Below are positions 25,554-32,000 of a stretch of 32,000 nucleotides of DNA, in pieces (the stretch's first letter is position 1; each line of letters begins with the position of its first letter). The stretch spans positions 1,680,001 through 1,712,000 of the forward strand of contig CP126532.1 in the NCBI GenBank assembly GCA_030167145.1, written 5' to 3'. Both the position numbers and the translations under genes were made by a program. The notes beneath the pieces are model-generated. The model was not told where the DNA came from. It was given only the letters and a program-made list of their open reading frames with translations, and made no database searches. The DNA is from Ktedonobacterales bacterium (GTDB taxonomy: Bacteria > Chloroflexota > Ktedonobacteria > Ktedonobacterales > JADMIN01).

Positions 25554-27206
25554 ATGGAGTCAAGGCAGCAGCCGCGGCGCGCATCACGGACGGCTCGGAA
25601 GTGGTCGCTTCTCTTCGTTTTGGGTACAGCGCTCATCGCCCTCAGCATGATCCTCTCATCGTGCGCGCCCAGCCCCCAACAACAAGCGTCGCAACAGAGC
25701 AAAGCCAAACTCGACAACGAGCTACACCACGCCAAAGACGACCTCGGCATCCCCGACACCCTGCTCAAACCCATCGAAACCCAGGAGCAGCAGATCGCCT
25801 CTGGCAACAGCAGCGCTCAGGATGCCACCGCCAACTACAACCTGCTCTACAGCCAGCTCCTCGGCATCGAGCAAACTGCCGCCCAAACCCTCAAAACCCA
25901 GGCGGTGACGGATCTGCAAGCCTTCACCACCATTCTCAATACACGCCGCAGCCAGGGCTTTACCGAAATCAACACCTATCAGGCCCGGCTCGATCAAGCC
26001 CTCAAAAACCTCAACTCCGCCACCACCGCTGGCGACTTTGCCCAACTCGACGCCTTCGTCCGCCAGCAGACCGAAGCTCTCAACGCCCTCTGGCCCGCAT
26101 ACCTGAAACTTCAAGACTTCAAAGCTACCCTGCACGCCGTTCGCCTCGCGGGCGTCAATTCCAGCCTCAGCGACAGCGAATACAACGCCGATCTCCAGGC
26201 GTTCCGCGATGCCTCCTCCGCCGACCGCTATCAGGCGCTCGTCGGCGTGATAGACGGGCAGATCATGCAACTGCTCGCCGACCAGACCGAGGCGCTGCCC
26301 TTCATCGGCGCGACGATGCTCTCGATCTTCCAATCCCGCATTGACCAGCTTAATCGCTGGGGCGAGCACAGCGCCGCCAAGACGTTCCAAGCCCAGCACG
26401 ACAGCGACGCCACGGATCTTGCCTCTGCCAAGGGCCTCGCCGATTACCTCACCCTCGCTCAACTCATCACCAAGCAAAGCAACGCCATGGTGCTACCCTG
26501 GGCACGCGGCCAGGCACGCGACGACCTGCGCCAATTGCAGGAGCAAGTCAACATCGCTATGGCGCGCAATCCGCTCGTCGCCTACGAATACGCCGACTCC
26601 AATGTCGGCATCGGCAACGTGCAGGGCGAATTCAACAGCGCCTATGATGTGAACAGCTACCTGCAAGCCGACGCCGATACACGCGCCCTGCTGATCAACC
26701 TGCGCGCGCAACAAGATAATCTCAACGATCCCACCGTCGCCTGGCAGCCGCATAAAGTAGACTTCCAGTTGATGCAAACCTACGGCATCATGAGCGGCAA
26801 AGTGATCATCGTCTCCCTCGCCGAACAAGTCGCCCGCTTCTATGAGAATGGCGCGCTGGTCTACTGGACCTATGTCACGACGGGCCGCTACGAAAAACCG
26901 ACGACGCCCGGCTCGTACTACGCGATGCAGAAGGCGTCGCCGATGGAGTTCAAATCTTCCGAGCCGAAAAGCTCGCCCTTCTGGTACGCCCCCACCCTCA
27001 TCAACTATGCGATCCTCTTCGCCAACTACGGGTTCTACCTGCACGACGCCTGGTGGCGGCTGCGCTTCGGCCCCGGCACCAACATGCCCCACTATGATCC
27101 GCTGGCCTTCAATAGCGGCTCGCACGGCTGTGTCAACTTCCCTGAAGACAACATGGCCTGGGTCTACGCCTGGACGCCCATCGGCACTCCCGTCGAGGTG
27201 TACTAA
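25554..27206 (+). CDS. Lipoprotein L,D-transpeptidase (YkuD domain) with a long helical N-terminal region
   Basis: Signal peptide with lipobox (WSLLFVLGTALIALSMILSSC). C-terminal YkuD catalytic region (FYLHDAWWR...GSHGCVNF). Start at ATG 25554 (MESRQQ). The ORF-track start at 25434 adds an implausible leader. Confidence 0.85.
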   Translation: MESRQQPRRASRTARKWSLLFVLGTALIALSMILSSCAPSPQQQASQQSKAKLDNELHHAKDDLGIPDTLLKPIETQEQQIASGNSSAQDATANYNLLYSQLLGIEQTAAQTLKTQAVTDLQAFTTILNTRRSQGFTEINTYQARLDQALKNLNSATTAGDFAQLDAFVRQQTEALNALWPAYLKLQDFKATLHAVRLAGVNSSLSDSEYNADLQAFRDASSADRYQALVGVIDGQIMQLLADQTEALPFIGATMLSIFQSRIDQLNRWGEHSAAKTFQAQHDSDATDLASAKGLADYLTLAQLITKQSNAMVLPWARGQARDDLRQLQEQVNIAMARNPLVAYEYADSNVGIGNVQGEFNSAYDVNSYLQADADTRALLINLRAQQDNLNDPTVAWQPHKVDFQLMQTYGIMSGKVIIVSLAEQVARFYENGALVYWTYVTTGRYEKPTTPGSYYAMQKASPMEFKSSEPKSSPFWYAPTLINYAILFANYGFYLHDAWWRLRFGPGTNMPHYDPLAFNSGSHGCVNFPEDNMAWVYAWTPIGTPVEVY

Positions 27207-27258
27207 TCGCACATTGGCTTGCATGGCGGGGCTGACATTCCTGTTCTGCCGTGCCTTC

Positions 27259-27283
27259 GTAGGGGCGTCCAGCGGACGCCCCT
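27259..27283. terminator. Palindromic element, copy 2 (GTAGGGGCGTCC-AGC-GGACGCCCCT), between the convergent ldt and ppx genes
   Basis: 10-bp stem AGGGGCGTCC/GGACGCCCCT with a 3-nt loop and no U tract on either strand. Confidence 0.45.
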
Positions 27284-27289
27284 GCAGCT

Positions 27290-28273
27290 TCACCAGACCT
27301 CGCCCTTCTCTGCCGCTTCCAGCCAGCGCTCGCCTACATGGGCATAGGTGAGGATCGCACCCTCGCGCACCCCGCGCCGCCGCGCACGTAGCACATCCAG
27401 CCGTAGCTCGTCCATCGCCGCCAGCAACACCGCCGCGCCCGCCGCCAGCAGCCGCGCACGACCTTCCTCCACCCCGAAGCGGTGGCAAATCGTCGCCGAG
27501 GGTGTCGTCTCCAGGAGCGCCAGCACCGCTTCGAGTTGCGCGCGGGTCAGATAGCGATTGCGCTTCGGCGGTCCCGCCTCGCCTGATAGCTCATCAGGCA
27601 CGGTGATGCGGCCTCCCAGCATCGCCAGCGACATCGCCGTGCCACCGCAGACAATCGCCTCTGCCACCGGCAACGGCGGGTCCAGCGGCGTCAGCGTCTC
27701 CACTACTACCCGCCGCACCGCCTCCAACTCATCGGGCGAAGGCGGGTCTGATGGCGCATAGCGGTGGCGCATCGTGCCAGAGCCAAGCGGCAGCGACACG
27801 CGCCAGTCAATCGTGCGGCCACGTCCCACCACGAATTCCAGGCTGCCGCCGCCCATATCCAGCACCGCGCGCCGCCCCTTGATCGGCTTTAGCCCGCTGG
27901 TCGCCCCCCAATAGGTCAGCGCCGCCTCCTGCGCGCCCGTCACTAACTCCAGCAGCACACCCGTCTCGCGCCGCACCCGCGCCAGAAACGCCGCTCCATT
28001 CGCCGCCCGGCGCACGCCCTCCGTCGCCACCCCCAACACCACCTGCGCCTCATAGAGTCGCGCAAGCTCGGCATGATCGCGAATCGTCGCAATCGCTCGC
28101 GCCATTCGCTCCGGCCGAATCTCGCCGTATGCCGTCACATCGGCCCCCAGCCGCACGAGATCGGCCTCGTCCGCCAGGCGTATCACCTCCACCCGATTCT
28201 TCGGAACTCGGCCTACCGTCACGTGGATGCTGTTGCTGCCCACATCGAGCGCCGCCAAACGAAGCGCTGCCAC
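27290..28273 (-). CDS. Ppx/GppA family phosphatase (short form, N-terminal ASKHA domains only)
   Basis: LAALDVGSNSIHVTVG and LDMGGGSLEFVVG phosphate-binding motifs. Confidence 0.9.
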   Translation of the reverse strand: MAALRLAALDVGSNSIHVTVGRVPKNRVEVIRLADEADLVRLGADVTAYGEIRPERMARAIATIRDHAELARLYEAQVVLGVATEGVRRAANGAAFLARVRRETGVLLELVTGAQEAALTYWGATSGLKPIKGRRAVLDMGGGSLEFVVGRGRTIDWRVSLPLGSGTMRHRYAPSDPPSPDELEAVRRVVVETLTPLDPPLPVAEAIVCGGTAMSLAMLGGRITVPDELSGEAGPPKRNRYLTRAQLEAVLALLETTPSATICHRFGVEEGRARLLAAGAAVLLAAMDELRLDVLRARRRGVREGAILTYAHVGERWLEAAEKGEVW

Positions 28274-28336
28274 ACCTGCTCCCTTCTCGCGCGCTCCACA
28301 TCAGCGCACCCGAACTATTGTACCGCTTCCCACTAT

Positions 28337-28365
28337 TTGTAAGCACGGCGGCGATATGTTATCCT
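28337..28365 (+). promoter_or_regulatory. Candidate extended -10 promoter for the MCP gene
   Basis: TTGTAA (28337-28342), 17 nt, TG-t-TATCCT (-10 at 28360-28365). Confidence 0.4.
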
Positions 28366-28439
28366 GTGCTTCGGACGCCAAAAAGAGGAAGGTGGCCGTC
28401 GGGTATAGGATACGTATGGGAGGTGGAGGGACGGCGCAG

Positions 28440-30332
28440 ATGGTGACAAATTGGGTACAGCGGCGTGGCTCCGACCGCGACGTAGAGCGCCGCACAAGGC
28501 AAATCAAAGAGATCATCCGTCTGGGCACGGCGCTGCGGGCCGAAATGGGGCTGGAGAACGTCCTGGCGCAGATCGTCGAAGGCATCCGCACCACACTTGG
28601 CTTCCGGGTTGCCGTGCTCAATCTGATCCACCACGACTTCGAGTTTGTGGATGTCGTCGCCACCGCCGGCCTCAACGAAAGCGAGCGCCAGCGCCTCATC
28701 AAATCGCCGCCGCCCGTGATGCGGCTGATCGCGGTGATGCGCCCAGAGTTCTGCGTCAGCCACTCGTATTTCATCAGTCACGAGCATAAATACCTCTTCG
28801 AAGGCATCGAAGGTGTCACCGTCTACTCGCCCCCACCCACCAACCCCTCACGCGCAGCCGATGCCTGGCACCACGACGACGTGCTGCTGATCCCCCTGCG
28901 GAGTCCGCGCGAAGACCGTCTGCTCGGCTTGCTCTCGCTGGACCAACCCGAAGACGGCAAAATACCTTCACTGGAAACCATCGAGATTGTCGAACTATTC
29001 GCCAGCCAGGCCGCGCTCGCCATTGATACCTCGCAACTCTTCACCGAGCGCGAGCAGGATCGCCTGGCCCTTCAGCGGCAGGTAGAGTCACTGGTCAGCT
29101 ACCTCGCACGGGTGCAGCACGGCAACCTGAGCGCGCGTATACCCCTGCATGGCCAAACCCTCAGCCCCATGGCCGACTCCCTCAACGCCGTCGTCGGCGC
29201 GCTGGATACCCTGCTCAACGACGTGCGCCACACCAGCGAAGAAGTCAGCCGCAACGCCACTGAACTGGGCGAGAGCGCCGCGCATCTGGCCGCCAACGCG
29301 CAGAACCAGGCGCAACAGATCGTCAACGTGACCCACTCCGTGCAGAGCACGGCTGCCAACGTGCGCGGCATCGCCGATGTCGCCCAGGACACCACCACCA
29401 TCGCACGCGAGGCGATGGACATTTCGCTGGCCGGGCGCGAAGCGGCATTCCAGGCCGCCGAAGGCATGATTGGCGTGCGCGAACTGGCGATCCAGTCCGT
29501 CAAGAAGATGAAGCGGCTGGGCGAGAGCGCTCAGGACATCGGGCAGATCGTGCAGATGGTCTCCGATTTCGCCAGCCAGACCAACCTGCTCGCGCTCAAC
29601 GCAACCATTGCAGCCACACGCGCGGGCGAGAATGGCCGCGGATTCGCCGTGGTCGCCCATGAAATCCGCACGCTAGCGCACAACAGCGCTGAAGCCACCA
29701 AGCAGATTCAAGCGCAGATCAAAGCCATTCAAAATGAAACCAACGGTGTCGTGGTGACCACCGAGCATAGCATGCAGCAGATTGTGCTGGAGTCTGAGCT
29801 AGCCACCCAGGCAGGCGCCGCGCTGGAAGCAGTGGACGCCTCCACGCGGCGCATCGCCAGCGCTATCCAGCAGATGAGCGATACGGCAATGGAGCAGGCG
29901 GATGCGGCGGAGATGATCTCATCGGCGATGGCGGGCATCGCCCAGATCGCCACGCAGACACGCGATGGCATGATCCAGACGGGCGCGTCAATGGAACAGT
30001 TGGTCGAGCTAGCGCACGTGCTGCTGCGCGCGAGCAACACCTTCACGCTCAGCGGGCAAAGCGAGACGACGAACCCCAGCACACGCCCCCTGGACGCCAT
30101 CGAACTGGACGATCTCTACTCCGACATGGCAACCACACCGCTGCCCGCCATGGGCGCGCGCTCTGGCGCACTCACGCCGCTGGGATCCATGGGGTCATCT
30201 TCGCGGCCAAGCGAACACCCGTCCTTCCCTCCCGTCAGCGGCGCAGACGCGCCACCGAATGAGGCGTTCGCGCCGCGCCCGACTCGCAAACTGCCACCGC
30301 TGGACCTGGCATCCCCGGACGCGCAGGGATAG
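28440..30332 (+). CDS. Soluble methyl-accepting chemotaxis protein: GAF domain, HAMP-like linker and MCP signalling domain
   Basis: MCP hairpin-tip motif FASQTNLLALNATIAATRAGENGRGFAVVAHEIRTLAHNS. The N-terminal GAF-like region runs from LENVLAQIVEGIRTTLGF to LFASQAALAIDTSQLF. No TM helix. Start at ATG 28440, preceded by GGAGGTGGAGGG. The ORF-track start at 28227 overlaps ppx. Confidence 0.9.
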   Translation: MVTNWVQRRGSDRDVERRTRQIKEIIRLGTALRAEMGLENVLAQIVEGIRTTLGFRVAVLNLIHHDFEFVDVVATAGLNESERQRLIKSPPPVMRLIAVMRPEFCVSHSYFISHEHKYLFEGIEGVTVYSPPPTNPSRAADAWHHDDVLLIPLRSPREDRLLGLLSLDQPEDGKIPSLETIEIVELFASQAALAIDTSQLFTEREQDRLALQRQVESLVSYLARVQHGNLSARIPLHGQTLSPMADSLNAVVGALDTLLNDVRHTSEEVSRNATELGESAAHLAANAQNQAQQIVNVTHSVQSTAANVRGIADVAQDTTTIAREAMDISLAGREAAFQAAEGMIGVRELAIQSVKKMKRLGESAQDIGQIVQMVSDFASQTNLLALNATIAATRAGENGRGFAVVAHEIRTLAHNSAEATKQIQAQIKAIQNETNGVVVTTEHSMQQIVLESELATQAGAALEAVDASTRRIASAIQQMSDTAMEQADAAEMISSAMAGIAQIATQTRDGMIQTGASMEQLVELAHVLLRASNTFTLSGQSETTNPSTRPLDAIELDDLYSDMATTPLPAMGARSGALTPLGSMGSSSRPSEHPSFPPVSGADAPPNEAFAPRPTRKLPPLDLASPDAQG

Positions 30333-30394
30333 CCAGAGTCGCGGGCTAGTACGTGGGAATGTGCCGCGGGACCACAGGCCGTTGCGCCGACAGA

Positions 30395-30646
30395 TTAACT
30401 CGCGGCGACGTACGGTGTGGCGGGTGGTGTGTCGCGTTCGGCGGACTCCAACACGGCAACGCCCACAAGGTCGGCGGTGGTCGTGTTGAGGGCGGTGGCA
30501 AGGCGACGTACCGCGTAGGTCTGCGGCTCTTCTTTGCCGTGTTCGAGGTGGGTAATGGTATCGCGTCGCAGGCCAGTCAGATCCGCAAGCTGGCTGATGC
30601 TCAATCCACTCCGCTGACGCGCCTGACGCAATCCACGCAACTTCAT
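30395..30646 (-). CDS. Small XRE-family helix-turn-helix transcriptional regulator
   Basis: MKLRGLRQARQRSGLSISQLADLTGLRRDTITHLEHGKEEPQTYAVRRLATAL. Start at ATG 30646, preceded by AGGAGG plus 6 nt. The ORF-track start at 30823 adds a non-protein-like leader. Confidence 0.8.
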   Translation of the reverse strand: MKLRGLRQARQRSGLSISQLADLTGLRRDTITHLEHGKEEPQTYAVRRLATALNTTTADLVGVAVLESAERDTPPATPYVAAS

Positions 30647-30953
30647 CGCGATCCTCCTCATCGAGGCTCTAGCACAGGAATCCGGCTCCATTGCCGGCCC
30701 ACGTGCATAGCTGGCTCGCCGCCCGCAAGAGCGATACGGCGAAAACATAGCAGACAAAACGACAGTTGCTGTCGTGATGGCCGTGCCAATCGCAGTGTCT
30801 CGCCTCCGCCGAAAAAACAGCACGAAACGGAGGAAAGCGTCTTGTTCACTTCATACTAGCAGATGCGCTGGGGCAACGTAAAGGGCAAAAGCGCGGATGC
30901 GCAGATTTAGGTTTGCAGAGTACGGATGGCAACCAATGTGTGAACTATACGAA

Positions 30954-30983
30954 CGCAAGGCCCCAATTCAATGGGGCCTTGCG
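30954..30983 (-). terminator. Terminator-like hairpin downstream of the ABC ATPase gene
   Basis: 12-bp stem CGCAAGGCCCCA/TGGGGCCTTGCG with a 6-nt loop, 38 nt after the stop at 31021. On the minus strand it is followed by ttcgtatagtt, a weak U tract. Confidence 0.55.
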
Positions 30984-31020
30984 TATCGCGGAACAGGTGT
31001 GCGCCTGCTTACGTGTGTGC

Positions 31021-32000
31021 TTATGCGCCAGGGAAGTGGCACGCGGCAATCTGGTTGGGACGCTTCTCTTCCAGCGGCGGCGCCACCTCGCGGCAGATGG
31101 CCTGTGCCTTCCAGCAGCGCGGGTGGAATGGGCAGCCAGAGGGCGGATTGACGGGGCTGGGCACGTCGCCGGTGAGGATGATGCGCTTGCGCGTCAATTC
31201 CAGCTCAGGGTCGGGGATGGGGCTAGCGGAGAGCAGCGCAATGGTGTAGGGATGTTGCGGGTTGGCGTACACATCGTCGCCTGATCCCAGTTCGACGATA
31301 TGGCCGAGATACATCACGGCGACACGTTTGCTCACATGCTTGACCGCCGAGAGATTGTGGGCGATGAAGAGATAGGTCAGGTTGAACTGGTCGCGCAGAT
31401 CGGCCAGCAGGTTGAGCACCTGCGCCTGAATCGAGACATCCAGCGCCGAGATTGGTTCGTCGGCGACGATGAACTTCGGGTTCAGCGCCAGCGCCCGCGC
31501 GATACCGATGCGCTGGCGCTGACCGCCGCTGAATTCGTGGGGATAGCGATGCACCCAGGCGGGATTCAAGCCCACGACTTGCAGCAGCTCCTTGACACGC
31601 GCTTCGCGCTCTTGCGAGGTGCCGCGGCCAAAGTTCACCATCGGCTCCGAGATGATCCGGCCAACCGTGAAGCGCGGGTCGAGCGAGCTAAACGGATCCT
31701 GGAAGATCATCTGCATGTCAGCGCGCATTCGGCGCAGTGTGCCATAGGAGGTGCGCGTCAGGTCCGTTCCCTCGAAGATGACCGACCCATCGGTTGGCTT
31801 GACCAATTGCAGCACGGCCCGCCCCAGTGTGGACTTGCCGCAGCCGCTCTCGCCGACCAGTCCGAGCGTTTCGCCGCGCTTGATCGTGAGATCAACGCCG
31901 TCCACCGCCTTGACGGAGGCGACAGTGCGCCCAAGCAACCCACCCCGAATAGGGAAGTGTACCTTCAGATTACGCACATCCACCAAGGTGTCGCTTGCAA
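31021..32000 (-). CDS. Oligopeptide/dipeptide ABC transporter ATP-binding protein (OppF/DppF-like); the 5' end probably lies outside the window
   Basis: Walker [10 protein letters not shown], signature [15 protein letters not shown], Walker [13 protein letters not shown] and the C-terminal oligopeptide-transporter extension ([12 protein letters not shown]...CPFHPRCW). The frame stays open to the window edge. Confidence 0.9.
   Translation of the reverse strand, partial: ASDTLVDVRNLKVHFPIRGGLLGRTVASVKAVDGVDLTIKRGETLGLVGESGCGKSTLGRAVLQLVKPTDGSVIFEGTDLTRTSYGTLRRMRADMQMIFQDPFSSLDPRFTVGRIISEPMVNFGRGTSQEREARVKELLQVVGLNPAWVHRYPHEFSGGQRQRIGIARALALNPKFIVADEPISALDVSIQAQVLNLLADLRDQFNLTYLFIAHNLSAVKHVSKRVAVMYLGHIVELGSGDDVYANPQHPYTIALLSASPIPDPELELTRKRIILTGDVPSPVNPPSGCPFHPRCWKAQAICREVAPPLEEKRPNQIAACHFPGA

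Noticed and set aside
26493-27488. 331-aa minus-strand ORF overlapping the ldt 3' half and ppx
   Set aside because: It is out of frame with and overlaps two well-supported genes. The composition is Gly/Arg/Ala-rich with no motif.
30658-30849. 63-aa minus-strand ORF ending 12 nt upstream of the XRE gene, considered as a toxin partner
   Set aside because: Its third-position GC is clearly lower than in the real genes here. The sequence is Cys/Phe/Arg-rich and not protein-like. It has no RBS and no resemblance to any toxin family I recognise.
30897-31284. Plus-strand ORFs 30897-31151 and 30913-31284
   Set aside because: They run into and overlap the 3' end of the well-supported OppF-like gene on the other strand. 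They have no RBS and an odd composition.
1-32000. Whole-window check for mobile elements, prophage, a defence island, tRNA/rRNA genes or CRISPR
   Set aside because: I found no transposase, integrase, recombinase, nuclease-helicase or other defence-type proteins. There are no terminal inverted repeats flanking multi-gene blocks, no tRNA-like T-arm motifs and no spaced repeat arrays. The gene content is housekeeping plus signalling.

Overview
GC-rich bacterial chromosomal segment. It is probably from a Chloroflexota or Ktedonobacteria-like genome; that is an inference from the TIGR03662/TIGR03663 membrane-protein pair and the signalling-rich gene content. I support about 24 protein-coding genes and see no rRNA, tRNA, CRISPR array, transposase, integrase or recognisable defence island.

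Gene order:
- a partial DUF2298/YYY membrane protein and its TIGR03663 GT-C-like partner, which carries a His-rich insertion;
- rnc, convergent with nusA-ylxR;
- acyl-CoA dehydrogenase, a DUF4870 membrane protein, a small transaldolase/FSA-like enzyme and a cytoplasmic GAF-type histidine kinase;
- on the minus strand, a CAX-type cation/H+ antiporter, an active Hanks Ser/Thr kinase and a YtxH-like protein;
- a LuxR-type response regulator with a HisKA_3 kinase;
- on the minus strand, a DGPF (YCII-related) protein, an ECF42-type (COG4941) sigma factor with a TPR tail, and a membrane Hanks-type pseudokinase with an RskA-like outer domain;
- a CheY-like receiver with a 6-TM histidine kinase;
- ffh, a lipoprotein L,D-transpeptidase, a Ppx/GppA phosphatase and a soluble GAF-HAMP-MCP;
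- a small XRE regulator and a partial OppF/DppF-type ABC ATPase.

Most of the window is ordinary housekeeping and signalling content. The items most worth a second look are:
1. the catalytically degenerate pseudokinase-TM-RskA-like protein next to the DGPF/ECF42 pair;
2. a promoter followed by an intrinsic terminator in the nusA leader;
3. two tandem near-identical palindromes upstream of rnc;
4. a near-identical 24-nt palindromic element on both sides of the L,D-transpeptidase gene;
5. a tandem-duplicated His-rich loop in the GT-C protein.

All family calls come from motif recognition by eye. No database search was possible.
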